Below are positions 12,902 through 27,588 of a stretch of DNA of 64,000 nt, piece by piece; the stretch's first letter is position 1, and each line of letters opens with the position of its first letter. The notes beneath the pieces are model-generated. The model was not told the DNA's origin, ran no database searches, and saw only the letters and a list, made by a program, of their open reading frames with translations. This DNA comes from Octopus vulgaris (taxonomy: Eukaryota). Location: positions 52,700,001 through 52,764,000 of the forward strand of contig OX597827.1 in assembly GCA_951406725.2 (NCBI GenBank). The letters are read 5' to 3'. A program made the translations under genes and the position numbers.

Positions 12902-13470
12902 ACACACACACACACACACGATCATTGCTTCATGTCAACAGATGACAGCCATCTCAATCACTCTACATCATCCCTATAATCTCAATCATGCTTCTGTGAT
13001 CGGAGATGAATCTTCACCTCTCTCCCATTGCTGCATAACTTTAGTGAAGAGACAAAATGAACAAGATGGAATGTGACATGTCATAGGATTAAAGTAACAT
13101 ACTTGAAGCAACACGTATTCCACTTTCTGAATATCAATAACTGGAATCCAGTGACAAGCACTGCAAGATGATTGGCAGCTACATCAACTTCAGGTTTCAC
13201 TTCATCATGCCTTCTCTTAGACTTTTCACATCAAAGGATCCTATGAGTCAGCAAGGATATGATTGAACAAAACACATTTGCACATAAGTGGATGGCCACT
13301 GACTCTCATGAGTTTATCTGCCTTTTAACAGATCTTGATTTCCATCCTGAAGTGTGTCCAAAAAGTCAGCCTTCTCACTGAGCAGGCTTGGTGGGATTGC
13401 CAATTTAGTTGTTGACAACCTGACCATACTAGTTGTACTGGGTTATGTTACCAGAGACACTCAAGAGCAA

Positions 13471-13511
<41 letters not shown>

Positions 13512-13639
13512 CTCTCTCTCTCTCTCTCCACTCTCTCTCTAAGAACACACGGGAAATAGAATTTTTCAAATGCCCAGGGAAAATCCTTAGAGATAGTAGG
13601 TAGCTTCTGTTGCCTAGGTGACCTAATTAGTAGCGGAGG

Positions 13640-14160
13640 AGGATATACTGAAGATATAGTTACAAGAAAAAAGCTGGAAAAAATTCAGAGCAACAGCTCT
13701 GTGGGTAACAAAAGGTCTCCCTCTCAGAGTGAAAGCAAGCTTGTGTAAGAACAACAATGCTACATGGTAGTGAAATGTGGATTGTAAATGCAGGGGATAT
13801 ATGAAAAATAGAAAGAAATTAAGTTAGCATGGTCCAGTTGGATGAGCAAATGACAGTGTGAATATATGACAAAATGCAAATGTAGTGAGAAAAATTGGGA
13901 ATAAGAGGAATCGGATGTATCATGCAAGAGGGAAGAATGTGCCGGTATGATCATGTGATGCATATAGAGGAGTACAGCTGCATAAAGAAGAGCTGACATA
14001 AGGTGTGGATGGAATCTGTGGAAGAAGGAGACCCAACAAGGGGAACATGAGAGAGCATAGTGAAGACTGATCTCAAGACATTGAACCTCTTGGAGGAAAT
14101 TTCAAAAGATTGAGACAAATGACATTTTGCTGTGCCTGGGAAAAGCCGTCTGTCCAATGA
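13640..14160 (+). mobile_element. Highly decayed RTE LINE fragment
   Basis: Residual similarity to the RTE C-terminus (MLHGSEMW; ggaatctgtggaagaaggagacccaacaagggg). Confidence 0.55.
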
Positions 14161-15819
14161 GGTATGTCTAGACACTCACTAGGCTGTATCAAGTCTTCTC
14201 CCACCTCTCATCTTCCTAACACCCACTATGGTCCTATTCAGCTGTTGTGATCGTATGAGAGGAAAATCATCCCCGTTTGTTCCATCAGTTAGCTTTCTTC
14301 CTGAAACCACTTCTTTCTAACATCCTTCATTCTCTATATCATCCCTTCCCACTTTAATATTTTCTGTGCCACCAGTTATCTCCCTTGCCCTTGAGCTGCA
14401 TCTTATGACTGCCATCATTGACATCCTCTCATACTATTTTGATAGCCCCTCCCACCACCACAGTTCTCTAAGTACCTCCGACCTCCATCTCTGTCAATGT
14501 ACATCTCTCTCTCTCTCTCTCTCTTTCAATTCCCAACCCCCACATCATCGCCCTATCTCTCATTGGTGCTCTCCAGCCTTTCTGCATTGCTTCTTACCAC
14601 CTCCTCCTTCCTGAGCGACTTTTATCTCTTTCACCTTACCTCACCAACCAATATTTTATTAACCATCAAATCATCCCTCCACCCTTATTCAGACCAGTAT
14701 GTGATTGAAAGAAGTCATTGAAACTAAAACCAAAATAATCATTTAGGGTTAACAGCAGCAGTGTTCATGTATCATCAACGTTACACACTTCTGCCAGGGC
14801 CATCATCATTATCATTAGAATAACTTATAATCCAATCTATCATCGCAGGGTGCTGCAGTTTGACCCAATCTGTTATCAGTGAGATGAGAAAGATAGAAAC
14901 AACACCAAGCATAAGGTAATGTAATTACTTCACAAAGGAGTTTTTGTAGAACATTTGAAGTTTTGTGGGTAAGGGCTGAAACACATAGAGATGCATATAC
15001 AGCAAATCAACAACAGTGTAGCCAAGTGGAAGGACAGTAACTCTAGTAATGTCGCAGGATGGAGGAAATTGTGTGAAGTGAACAACACAATGTACTTGCA
15101 AGAAAATATAGAGGGGAGGGGGTATAAATAGAGTCCCCCTTCCTACTGTCACTGGTAACAGGCACTCCAAACAGGAAATAAGCCTGTGGGGGGGGGGTAA
15201 AATGGCATGGAAAGTCAGTAAAAGATAGGGAGCAAGGATAGTAAATTGATGTAAATGGTACTGTAAATACTTTGAGGAGTGTAGGGACAGGGAGCAGTAG
15301 ATGAGGATAAATTGTTTTTTCTTTATTCAAAGGCCAATTGTTTGGCAATGAAAGAGAGAGAGAGAGAGAATACTACTTAAAATTCTGTGAGGATTTTTAT
15401 GTGTGAAATTTTAGTGAAACTTGAAGGGAGAAAAAAAAAGGGTAGAGACAAGAGATACTGGTAGTAAAACACACAATTGAGCCAAAAGTAAAGATCCATA
15501 AGTTCCACTCAAGACTCAAGTCAAACCAAATGGACAGGTATATGCAAGCATGCATGAGGAACAACCATGGAGCAACACAAAGTCCTTGTGTTGCCCATAT
15601 GCCAGAATTAGTCTTGATCACCTTGCCATGGCTGAATAGACTTAGGTAACAGATTATGTAGCAGAATCACAGACAGGCTATCAGAGAAAAAGATTCATAT
15701 GTGATAAATGCAATGGAGCAATACATTTTGTGAACACACTAGAATTAGAAGCTTTTACATGCTTGGATGGTTCACTGGATGTAGTTAATAGTTTTTGCTA
15801 ACTAGAAGATATCATCAGC

Positions 15820-16265
15820 AAGAATAAGAACAGATTGGAAAAAAGTTCACTGCAGCAACAAAGGTTTTTTCCCCAAGAAAGAAAAAGTAGATTGTATGAT
15901 GCTTGTCTTAGAACTGCAACACTGCATAGTAGTGAGATATGGGCCTTGAATACAGTGGACTTGAGAAGACTAGGAAGAAATGAAGTGATCATGCTCCACT
16001 GGATATGCCATGTAAATGTGCATGAACAATATAGCATAAATGTGCTGAGAGGAAAACTGGGGTCATAAGAGGAATTTCATAGTAAGAAGACTTAGCTGGT
16101 ATGGACATATGATGCAAAAGTATAAGGATGTAGCTGGAGCCTTTGGATGAGGAAGATTCAGGAAGATATGGAATGAAGTAGTGAAGGCTAACCAGGACAC
16201 TAAGCCTGACAGAGGAAATGGAAAAGGACTGGAATATCTGATCATATAAGGTTCTCTGGAAAACC
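15820..16265 (+). mobile_element. Decayed RTE LINE fragment
   Basis: ORF 15835-16068 RLYDACLRTATLHSSEIWALNTVDLRRLGRNEVIMLHWIC matches the RTE post-RT motif (YGSETW...MLRW). Confidence 0.75.
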
Positions 16266-17423
16266 TGCCCATTGTAGTGTAACTGACTTCTGGAAGCACT
16301 GCATGGTTACACACACAGAGACACACACATATACATGTTTTCTATATGTATGCATCAAAGAACAGGGTGTTGACTGTAAATTAAGATGATTATAAATAAG
16401 TACATGTTCTCAAATGATGCAGCAAGAATCATAAAACTACATTTTGATAATATTACATATGAGAAGCAAGTGAAATACTGAGAAAAGGTGAAAAAAAAAA
16501 ACTAAACACAGAAGCAAACAAAAGTATTAACTTACTCGGTGGGTCCATGTGTTCCTCCCCCTCTTTCTCCATTTGTAATATGCTGGCTGCCTGAGGAAAC
16601 AAATTATACAGAATAAGAAACTTGCTTATAAATAAAGATATATATATATATAACACAAGTGAGGAAAGTGAAAAAGGTGCATAAATAAGAAGGTGAATAA
16701 AAAAATACTAAAGGAAGGGTGAGGCCGTTGCAATGAATAGGCGATCTAAAAAGAAATATTACAGAAAAGGGAGAAAAATATAAAATTATGAAAAAGTTAT
16801 GAAGTATGGAAAAGAAGTATGAGAAAAAAAGAAAAAAGAGAAGTTGAGAGAGAGAGAGAGAGAGAGAGGGGTGGGAAAGATAAATGAATGAGGAAGGAAA
16901 TTACAGAAGGTACTGGAGTGTGACTCTTTCATTGCCAACAAGTCCTTGATCATATATGGCCAAACAACCTATTCATATTTAAATTACAATATCACAACAT
17001 AAGTCTATTGATAACATGAAATATTGATAGGTAAACATTTGCTGTACAGTCTAACATTGCTAAGGCATGGGTTTTATGCTCTCAGAATGCTTTGGATCTT
17101 CCTTCTATAACATTTTCTTTCTTTATAATAACAGTTTACCCATTTTTTTTTCATAAGCTTTAAATTTAGTAGTAGGACTCTTCAAATTTGAATGGTTTTT
17201 AAAGGAAGATGGCTGGATCGAAAAATGTATTAAGTATAAATTAACATGTGGACTATGAACAGGATGTTTCAATTTCCAACTTGGACAAAGATAGTGAAAG
17301 TACATACTTTGCGTTTGAAATTAGTAATATGTTGATAAAGAAAAATGTCAGATGTGAACAGTAATTTTGTAGGTGGCATATCATGATATTGTTTTTGTAT
17401 GTGAAATATCATAATATTGTTAT

Positions 17424-17862
17424 TGGATGCTGACACTCAATGAGGATGGAACTCGTGGAAAAGGAAGACCCAGGAAGACATAGGATGAAGTATTGAAGGA
17501 TGATCTTGTGACACTGAACCTTATGGAGGAGATGACAAAGGACTGAGATAACTGGTGCTTTGCCAAGAAGACCCATCCGCCACAGCAGAAGATTGAGCTG
17601 CAAAAGCTTATGTCAGTGCCACATAAAGAGCATCCGTACTGGCACCATGTAAAAAGCACCTGTGCTGGTGTCATAGAAAAGTGTCTATGCTGGTGCCATG
17701 TAAAAAGCACCCAGCATACTCTGTAAGATGGCTGGTGTTAGGTAGGGCATCCATCTGTAGAAACCAAGCCAAATCAGACTGGAACCTGGTGCAGCTCTGG
17801 TCAAAATATCCAACCCATGCCAGCATGGAAAAATGGACATTAAAAGATGGTAATGATGATAT
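17424..17862 (+). mobile_element. RTE LINE 3' end
   Basis: GRPRKT remnant, tgccac/tgtaaaaagcac repeats, ccaacccatgccagcatggaaaa...gatgat tail. Confidence 0.8.
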
Positions 17863-17938
17863 ATTTTAAGTTTCAATAAATGATGATATTCCCTTGAATT
17901 ACGAGTGAACAGTGCAGTAATAGTGACTGGACTGGCAT

Positions 17939-18162
17939 TCTAGTGGAAGTGATCCTGTCTCTGTTAAGGAGTTAATATCTCAAGATTTAGATATTGTATT
18001 CTTGAACATGGATTCTATTTTGAAGATGGCTAGGTGATATTTAGGGGAGATCTAGTGGAAGTGATCATGTCTCTGTTAAGGAGTTAATATCTCAAGATTT
18101 AGATATTGTATTCTAGAACATAGATTCTATTTTGAAGATGGCTAGGTGATATTTAGGGGAGA
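17939..18162. repeat. Tandem duplication, 2 x 112 bp
   Basis: tctagtggaagtgatc starts at 17939 and 18051; copies nearly identical. Confidence 0.9.
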
Positions 18163-19124
18163 TTTAGCTGCTGCATTGAATAGGTCAAGTAACTAGGTAG
18201 AAATGCTCACTAGCTTGAGAACAGGAGAGGATTTGTTTAATATTACAGTTGGTCTGTCACTTTAGAGAAAAAGTTTAAAATTCTAACTTATTTATAGTCA
18301 GTGGAAAATGTGTATATTTTAAGATGTTTGAGATAATGCATGTAAAGTTTAAAAAAGGATATGAATACACTTAAGAGGGGAGGTTATTGTAAAATGATAT
18401 TCAAGTAACTGGTAAGTGATTCTATTGTGTTGCCATGTAAGGATGTGTGGAGAACGTTTGATGGTTGCATAATTAAAAATAAATCTTTTTAGTTAGCTTA
18501 AGATATAATGGAGATGATCATCATTAAACATACTTGGCATGTATTGTGTGAGAATTTGTGATGGTTGAGCAAAATTTCAGAAGTCATTATTTAGTCAATG
18601 AGAAAGTAATGTATATGGAAACTGATGTGCCTAGTTGGTGCCACTTTAGTATGCAATCTACTGCAGCATCTGTGCAGTGAAATGATCTAATCTAGGTTAG
18701 GATTAGAGTTAGGGTTTAGGGTTAGGCTGGAGATTAGGGTTAGGTCTGGGTTTAGGGTTCAACTGCTTGATTAAGTATGAAATGGCCAGGAAAACCACAT
18801 GCTAAAGTGTAAACTGGTTAGGTGGACTGTATGCTATAAAGTGGCATTGCCAAGTCAATAGTAATCAATGTTCTGAAGTGACAAACACGTTTTCCACTGA
18901 CTATAAATAAGTTAGAATTTTAAAACTTCTTCTCTAAAGTGACAGACCAACTGTAATATTAAACAAATCCTCTCCTGTTCTCAATCAAGCTAGTGAGCAT
19001 TTCTATCTAGTTACTTGACCTATTCAATGCAGCAACTAAATCTCCCCTAAATACCACCTAGCCATCTTCAAAATAGAATCTATGTTCTAGAATACAATAT
19101 CTAAATCTTGAGATATTAACTCCT
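18079..19124. repeat. Inverted duplication, arms 18079-18312 and 18886-19124
   Basis: Right arm is the reverse complement of the left with few mismatches and small indels. Confidence 0.92.
18694..18759 (+). repeat. Degenerate telomere-like (TTAGGG)-type tract
   Basis: ggttaggattagagttagggtttagggttaggctggagattagggttaggtctgggtttaggg. Confidence 0.75.
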
Positions 19125-19223
19125 GGTAGATCAATTTAATATAATCTTATTTAGATTCCATAGGTTTTTGATTAGCAGTGTTTGTTGGGATTATTGAATA
19201 TGTTGTTATATTTTCTAAAAGGA

Positions 19224-19288
<65 letters not shown>

Positions 19289-19536
19289 TACTGGTTGTAG
19301 TTTTTAGTAATAAAAACATTGAGCACAGAACTATATGAAAACAGTGAGGATGTACAATAAAGTTTAATGACAGTCATACTACTAAACAATTACACTCCAA
19401 GTTCTAAGTATATAGTACATGCACGTAAAGCTTTCATTGCTGTCTTTCTTTACTTGACTTATATCTGCTTTCTATCTCCTTCTTAAACCTTTTCCAATGA
19501 TTTGAAATGCATCTGAGTATTGTATAAAATAAGCTC

Positions 19537-19710
19537 AAGGTAGCGAGCTGGCAGAACTGTTAGCATACAGGACAAAATGCTACTAAGCATTTTGTCTGTC
19601 TTTACATTCTGAGTGTGAATTCCACTGAGGTCAACTTTACCTTTTATCCTTTCAGGGTCAATAAAATAAGTACCAGTTGAGAACTAGGCCTTGTGCTTAT
19701 AGTAGAAATG

Positions 19711-19741
<31 letters not shown>

Positions 19742-19916
19742 GGCTGAGAGAATTTTTAGCATGTTGGATGAAAATGCTTAGTAGCATTTCTTTAGTGTCT
19801 TTATGTTCTGAGTCCAAATCCTGCCAAAGTCAACTTTGCCTTTTTGGGGTTGATAAAACAAAGGATCAGTGAAATACCACACAAAAACTGGTGCCTTTAA
19901 GCCAAACTTTGAAATT
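19537..19916 (+). mobile_element. Two tandem SINE family B copies separated by (ATT)n
   Basis: gagctggcagaa..gttagca...ttctgagt...aggtcaacttt..cttt.atcctttcagggtc.ataaaataagtaccagttgag. Confidence 0.8.
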
Positions 19917-20705
19917 ATTATCATATGCTTTAATTCAATTTAATACAGTCGCCTGGAACCAAGTTACAAGTCATTTATATTTTCCCCTTCAGTATTGTAC
20001 ACATTTTCTCTTGTTCATTACCTTTAGCATGTATACACAAACATATATTTCTTTTTGATGCAGCCATGTATAGAAATTTTTGATTTAATAAACAGGAAAA
20101 AACAACAACAACAAAGAATTTTAAAAAAGTAGACTATGATATAGAGGTTCAAATTATGATTTGATGGAGTAATGAAAAATAAGGACAAGATTACCAAATA
20201 AATAAATGTTTGAACAAGTGTATGGCTAAGAAAGAAAAATAAGAAAAACCCCAAATATATGGAGGGAAGGTAGAGTTGTATTATTATTTCTCATAATTTA
20301 AACTGACATTAAAAGCTAACTTATTATATGTTTCAGAAAGTAGGCAATGTTATTGAAGTGTCAGAAACAGATGTAATGTTAATACAAATTAGAGAAGAGG
20401 TTTTGTTTTGACTTAACTGGAAAAGGTGTAAGGGTAAAAAAAATAAGACATTAGGGTATGTTTACACATTTAGTCATCTATTCAATGTTATACTTATATA
20501 TTTTTTTATTTATATATTCAAATACATCTATATTTTAATATGAATATACATATATGTATATTCATCTTCATCTTAGGTAAACCCTATATTTATACATTTA
20601 TATTTTTTCTTTAGGCTTTTATTTTTTACCTCATAATTCATACTTCTCAGTTTCTAACTTCTCGCAATCTTCCCCTTTCTATTTCTTCATTCCCCATCTA
20701 TTTAT

Positions 20706-20920
20706 TGGTTTTAAATTTTAGCACAAGGCCAGCAACTTTGGGAAAGGGAGTAAGTCAATTACATCAACACCAATACAAAACTGGTACTTATTTTATCAAC
20801 CTTGAAAGGATGAAAGGTGAAGTTAACCTTGATGGAATTTGAACTCAGAATGTAAAGATGGACAAAATACCACTAAGTATTTTACCTGGCATGCTTATGA
20901 TTTTTTCAGCTCATTGCTTT
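20706..20920 (-). mobile_element. SINE family B
   Basis: Reverse complement of family B body (ctggtacttattttatcaacc..gaaaggatgaaagg; atttgaactcagaatgtaaaga). Confidence 0.8.
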
Positions 20921-21611
20921 TTTCTCCCATTTATATATTGACCTCTAATACTGTGCCTTTATTAATAGCAGCCTTTTAGTCGGTTAGCCCTATGTTAAAT
21001 ATAAAACTATATAGTCTAATACCACATTACTATAGGAGTGGCCAAGTTAATCTTCTACACTAGACTACTGAAGAGCAACATATACCCAGTCCTATTAAAC
21101 CTCACTTTTTTTTCTCTCCCTCTCACCCATCTCTGTTTTTCAAATCTCTAACATTTACTTCTCAACAGTTTCAGATTTCACAAGAGAGTATGTGTTGATA
21201 ACCAGATTAGTTTCACAATTGTTATTGACATGCATCCTTGCTCTTCAAACCCCAATTATAAGCTCCATTTAAGAAATGCTTCCCAACATCCTTATATCCT
21301 GAAAGCAGATAACTGTAATTAAGCCACCTTTATAATTATTGTAGGTTTATATCTTTCCCTTCATTAGCACATGTGTTGAGACCACCCTATTATTATTAAA
21401 CACCTTTTACTCATTAATAACATGTATACATATATTATACAGAATTAGATTCTCAAAAACATCAGTTTGGAAATTCTAATAATGCTTTCTCATTAGAAAT
21501 TAATTTGTTTTCTCTCTGTCTTAGTAACATATAAGACCAGATTCCTAAACACAGAATATTTGATCATAATTTGGTAATCTTAAAAGCATTTACTTATATT
21601 AGTTTTTCATT

Positions 21612-22538
21612 TTAACCCTTTTGAGTGTATCTTCCTTTAGCTTTCATACAATATTTTTAACAGTATTTAGTAATTTTAATTTTATATTTTAATCTTTTTA
21701 CTGTCCAAGGCAAATTGGATGGCTTCATTTGTCATGTTTTACCTATGTAATTAAAACTATAAATAATACAAAGATGTCCTTTAGTTCTTTTCATAATATC
21801 ATTAAAGGAAGCATACATGCATAATAAAAACCTGAGAAACACACATGCCTCTCAAGAATGAGAAGAATTTTTATTAGTCAGGTGTCTGAGAGCCAAATTT
21901 TGTTCTTGCATGTTAGCTTTTATATTTTTTATATAACCATCGAGTATTATCAACTAAATTACTCTGATGCAAATCATTTCCATATATTTTGAATTTGTAT
22001 ACTTTAAAGGATTTAACAGAATTTTACAGTATAGTTTTACATCTATTTGTCATGTTGCAACAGCTTTTCAGATATCAATAGTTCATAAATAACATCATAA
22101 AAAGGATAAAGGATAAAATTTCAGGATACAAAATATAGAGCAGATATTAGTAGACAAAAATCTTTTAGTGCTTCGTGTCTGTTTACTAAAAATTTTCATG
22201 TTTTCATGTTTATAAACCAAATTTCATTTTTATTCACAAAAGGATAATATTTTCCCTTTCAAATATGTAATTTTTGGTTTTGATAGCATTATACCAATAA
22301 ATATTCATACCACAACTTCAGTTGATTTTTCCTGTGTTTTGAAGAATACACATGGTTCTCATCTTCAAACCTGTCTTCTTTCATATATTAATAGTCCCAA
22401 CAGATTATGATACATATGTTCAAGATAGTTACATCCCATTATTTGAACAATGAGCTGAGAGCCACTAGGGGCTCTCAGATGTGTCATAATAAAACATTTC
22501 AGAACCATTAATGGCTTTCAAATCAGTGAAAGGGTTAA
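21612..22538. mobile_element. Possible non-autonomous piggyBac-like element
   Basis: ttaa-cccttt ... aaaggg-ttaa termini about 920 bp apart; TIR match is short. Confidence 0.35.
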
Positions 22539-23594
22539 TTGATGATACTACACTTATAACTTCTCACAATTTCAAGTTCCTTTCTTACTGCTACACTCTT
22601 AGATTGTACAAGTACATATTCTATACAATATTGTTTTTCTCTTATAATAATTTAAATCGCATAAAACTACATTATTTATAGCACTTGCCTTTGCATACTT
22701 AACACCAAACCTACAATTTACAGTAGTTAAACCAAAACAACAACAGCAATGCTTCTACCACTACTACTGTCATTACCATCATTATTTTATGTCCAGATTA
22801 TATTTATTTAATCATTATTGTCATTGGCGCCACAGCTGTTGTTGCCAGTCACCATGATTATTATTTTCATTTTATATCCTGATAATATTAATTTCATTGT
22901 AGACTTTATCTTTGTGTACTAAGTAATAAACACATAACAGCAATACCTATCCACATAAAACCTTTTAAAATTAAAATTAAAATGAATAATTTACTTGGCA
23001 TCTCCGATATATTTAAAGATATTTATTTGCAGAATCTAACTTTACACAATTAATAACATACACATAAATAACAACAATTGATTGTCATATGAACTCTTAA
23101 TCTAAAATTAACTTCAAATGACTAATATATTTGGTTTTCTGACTAATATGTTTGTTTACTTTTTCTCTGTATTTAAATGTACACAGATTCTTGCCAATTC
23201 AGAGGTAGTACTTGTCAAGCAAGTGACTTGATATGAGATTGTGCGTTGAAACTAAGGCAATTGCATTGTGGAAGAGGCATTTTAACCATTCAATAACAAA
23301 CAAAACTGTTAAATTCAATTCATTTTTTTTCATGAAGTGTGATGTTTTTGTCAAACAACTGTGACCTGGTCACTGAAACAAAAATATGAAAAGGGTGGAA
23401 GGGATATTAGGAGATATAGCCTTTATTGGCAATAACAAGATGCCCTTCTTGTCAGAAACCCTTGCTTGAATGCAGCAAGGTGCCAGATATTTTGATCCTT
23501 TGTCATCTCTGTAAAGTTGAGTACCCTGCGGTCATCCTTCAGTACTATGTTTCATGTCTTTTTGGGTCTTCCACAACACATATATATAGAATCA

Positions 23595-23790
23595 TCACCA
23601 TTGTCATCATTTGATGCCTGTTTTCCATGCTGGCATGGGTTGACAGTTCAACAGAACTTGACAAGCTGGAGGATTACCTCAGGCTCCAATATCTGTTTTA
23701 CCATGCCTTTTTATTTAACTGAATACCTTTCCTAATGCCAACCACTTTACAGAGTGCAGTGGGTGTTTTTTTGTTGTAATACCAGCCCAA
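23595..23790 (-). mobile_element. RTE LINE 3' UTR fragment
   Basis: ttttccatgctggcatgggttgacagtt ... cctaatgccaaccactttacagagtg. Confidence 0.7.
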
Positions 23791-24741
23791 GTGAGGTCAC
23801 CTTGCAATTTGCAAGACAGAGAACCTAAATGAGCCCTTATAACTGGGAGAAAGAGAGAGAGAGTGAGCATAATGATTCTAAGTAAGGTGATGAGAGTAAA
23901 GTATGAAGAGAAGAAAAGTTTGATAGTAGTGAGGAGAGTAATAAAGAAGATACTATTGGGCAAAGGAATATGGACAGGACAAGGGGAGAAGGAAGGGATT
24001 AATGAGAAATGAATGGACAGAGTGTGAAGTTATAGGCTGAGTTTTGTAGGGGTTCCAGGGCTAAGCCACATAAGACCAAGTATAAACAGATGTTGAGAGA
24101 GAAAAAGAAACACGAAAGAGATAGATAAGTATAGTGAAGATCTGAAGAAACTCATGGAAGAAAAAAGAGGTGTGGGGCAGGCCAAAAATGGAAAGATGAG
24201 AGGGTTTTGAGATGACAGGAGCTTTAGGGAGAGAACACTGAGAAAAAATGTAGGGCAGTGAATGAACTCAGCAAGAGCAACAGGAGAAACTACATTCAGT
24301 GAGTTAGAACCTGAGACTACATGAGAACAATACTAACTTCCTATTCACACGGCCATGCCTGTACCTAAAGTGAAAGTACATGTGTGTGTGTGTGTGTGTA
24401 TGTGTGTGCACAACTATGTGGGTATGTAATGAATATGTATGTTGTTGTGATACGAATGGGTTTAGGAGAGTGAATGTTGAAATGAAGAGGAGGAGGAAGA
24501 TTTGTGTTTATGTTTATATTAGGGTATACATTAAATTATGATGTGAATATGCCTTATATGTTTGTGCGAGTATTATAATTGTGTGAATGTGTGCAGGTGC
24601 ATGCTTTTGCATATTTATAAATTTGTGTGTATATGTGTGTAGTAGTAGCAGTAGTAGTAGTAGTGACTAATGGATCACAAACAATGACAAATAGCAATGT
24701 ATGGCTCTTGTTGTTGAAGGTATTTTCTCTAACTACTCAGT

Positions 24742-24779
<38 letters not shown>

Positions 24780-25564
24780 CAGAAGTACAAAGTAATATTT
24801 TAAAAAGCCTGTTCTTCAACTTTATTGAGTTCCAATACCTTAACATTAATGATGGGATATCAAGTTAATGTACAAACTATGACCAATTTAGGGTGGAGCC
24901 TACTTGCCCAGTGCTTGCACAAAAGGAAATATGGAAATGCAGTAATTCTACATGAAAACCACAAAGTGCTAAAAGGATTATATGATCAACATCAAGGCAA
25001 GAGACTTGAATTAAACCACAAAAAACATGTCAGGTGAAAGGTCATTGAAAATACATCTTGATAAAGATACCATTGCAAGAAATAAAACCCGTTATATTGC
25101 CTCCAAAATCTATGTCACTTTACACAAGTACAAAACACTTAAGAAAAGAAACAAAACTGAAGATGACTGAAGCAGAAGAACTATGAAGTACTTCGTCATT
25201 ATAAAATCAGTAGTCAGTAGAGAGAATTAAGAAAGGCAACGCATATTCTAACTTTATACAATACTAAAACAGTTATATAACTATTATCACCACCATCATC
25301 ATTAATGTCAGCACAAAATATCATTCTTCATGATACAGACCTATTTTAAGTTATTTTAACTATAAGGGTCAATATTTTTACATATAACTTCACAACTTCA
25401 AAATCTTCTTTGTCACTGTAATTTCTATTTTCAACTTACATCTCATCTCGATGGTGTTACATTTAATGTCTATACTGGTAATAGATGCTTTTGCTTATAT
25501 TTACTAAAGCCTTTAACACACAACCACCTTCTTGAATTATTTGCTCTTAATTTTTTTTTTAAAC

Positions 25565-25797
25565 TTGTGCCAGTGCCACATAAAATGCACTTGTACTGGT
25601 ACCATGTTAAGTGCACTCATGTTGGTGCCATTTAAAACCACCCATCACACTCTGTAACATGATTGGCATTGGGAAGGGCATCAAGCTGTAAAAACCATGC
25701 CAAAACAGACAATTGGAACCTGGTCAGCTCTCTGGCTGTCCAACTCCTGTCAAACCATCCAACCTATTTCCAGCATGGAAAACAGATGATGATGATG
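25565..25797 (+). mobile_element. RTE LINE 3' UTR fragment
   Basis: gtgccacataaaa repeats, ggaagggcatc, cagcatggaaaacagatgatgatgatg. Confidence 0.75.
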
Positions 25798-26560
25798 AAT
25801 TAATTAATGCTGCAAGACTAAGAGATCACATTCTATTCATTCTTTCAGTAGATTTTACAGTTATCCTTTAATCTGATTCATACAGACTGTCTTTTTGTAT
25901 GGAAGAACATTTATTGACAGTAAAGTCATCTCTTAGAACTTCTATTCCTTTCATATTCTTGTCTCTATGCTTTCATTACAACTACTTCCAGCACTAGTTA
26001 TGTCACATAGATTGCTGGAACTACCAATGTGCATGTTACAATAATTTAGTATCTCATAAGGACATGGAATTTAGGTTTTTAAACAACTAAAAAGCCCCAA
26101 AATCTCAGTTAACTTTCCTGTAATTGATCTAAAGATGGTACACTTTTGAAACTAGACTTTTCTTGGAATACTATTGCTACTCCAAAAGATAGGTCAAGAG
26201 AAAATTGTGATTCCAAAGTGTTGCTAGAACAAACGTGAGACATCATCACAGTAATCACTGTCATCACCATCATCATTATCAACAGCATTCTATATTAAGG
26301 AGAAACGCAAAGGAAGAAGCAGCTAATTAAATGTCAACTATATCATTTCTATATACACGCAGTATATTGTATAGAAGTGATGATGGTGAAACATCATTAC
26401 TTTGAAAGTTAAAGAGTTAATGATATTGTATGTACAAAAAGTAAGGCTTAATATATTATTGTCGACTGTATGAAAGTGCTGTATAGCCGAATGTTCAAGA
26501 AGTTCGCTTCGCAACCACAGAGTTCTGGGTTTGATCCTGTGGCAGAAACTGCTATCTTTA

Positions 26561-26775
26561 GATAGTGAGCTGACAGAATCGTGAGCATGTCGGGCAAAAT
26601 GCTCAGTGATATTTTGCCTTTCTTTACATTCTAGGTTCAAATTCCACTGGGGTCGACTCTGCCTTTCATCCTTGTGGGGTTGATAAAATAAGTACCAGTC
26701 AAGCACTGGGGTAGATTTCATCAATTTAGCCCCTCCTCTAAACTTGCTGGCTCTATGCCAAAATTTGAAACCAAT
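26561..26775 (+). mobile_element. SINE family B
   Basis: gtgagctgacagaatcg...ggttcaaattccactggggtcgactctgcctttcatcc...gccaaaatttgaaacc. Confidence 0.8.
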
Positions 26776-27284
26776 ATATTATTGTTGACTGCTGTCCTGC
26801 TATAACCCCAGGATAACCCTGATCTAAGCCAACTTATGGGTCAAAGATATTACAATGGTGATAACTTGGTCTTCTCTCCTAACACAGTATAATCAGGACC
26901 ACATTATCCAATATATGCTTCTTTTCAGACAGTAGGTATGGTTTGAGGGAGATTTGCTAAATATTCTTAGCAAGTCATGCAAACGCATAAATGATTGTTA
27001 GCTCGTATTATTTTTAATGTTGCAGACTGGTCATTACAATCACCGTGCAATGATATGCAAATTAGCATTGATAAATTTAGAAGCAAAAAATAGGTTTCCA
27101 TTCCATCCCACACATGTAATATAAATAGAGATATTACAGGTGTAAAAGTATTTCATTAGCAACATATTTACACTTATGTATCAAAATACCTTGGCATTAC
27201 AAGCAGGGAACGTCAGCCTCTATACAAAGATCAATCAGCTGATATCTTCTTTTAATTAGTAGTTTAATTAGTGTTGGAGAGATA

Positions 27285-27588
27285 ACAACTGGCACTCTAT
27301 CAATTACAACAATGAGGGTTCCGGTTGATCCAATCAATGGAACAGCCTGCTTGTGAAATTAACATGCAAGTGGCTGAGCACTCCATAAAAATGAGTACCC
27401 TTCATGTAGTACTTGTACTTCAAAGCTGGTTCTTTGAAATATAGGTACTATTCTTTTTGTCAGCTGAGTGGACTGAGGCAACATGAAATAAGGTGCCTTG
27501 CTCAAGGACACAACATGCTGCTGGGAATTGAAGTCATGAAATTATGATCTTGGGCCCAATTCCCTAACAATTAAACCAGCGCCTTCAC
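27285..27588 (-). mobile_element. SINE family C
   Basis: Homologous to 560-906 (gagggttcc.g.tgatccaatc; gctcaaggacacaac). Confidence 0.75.
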
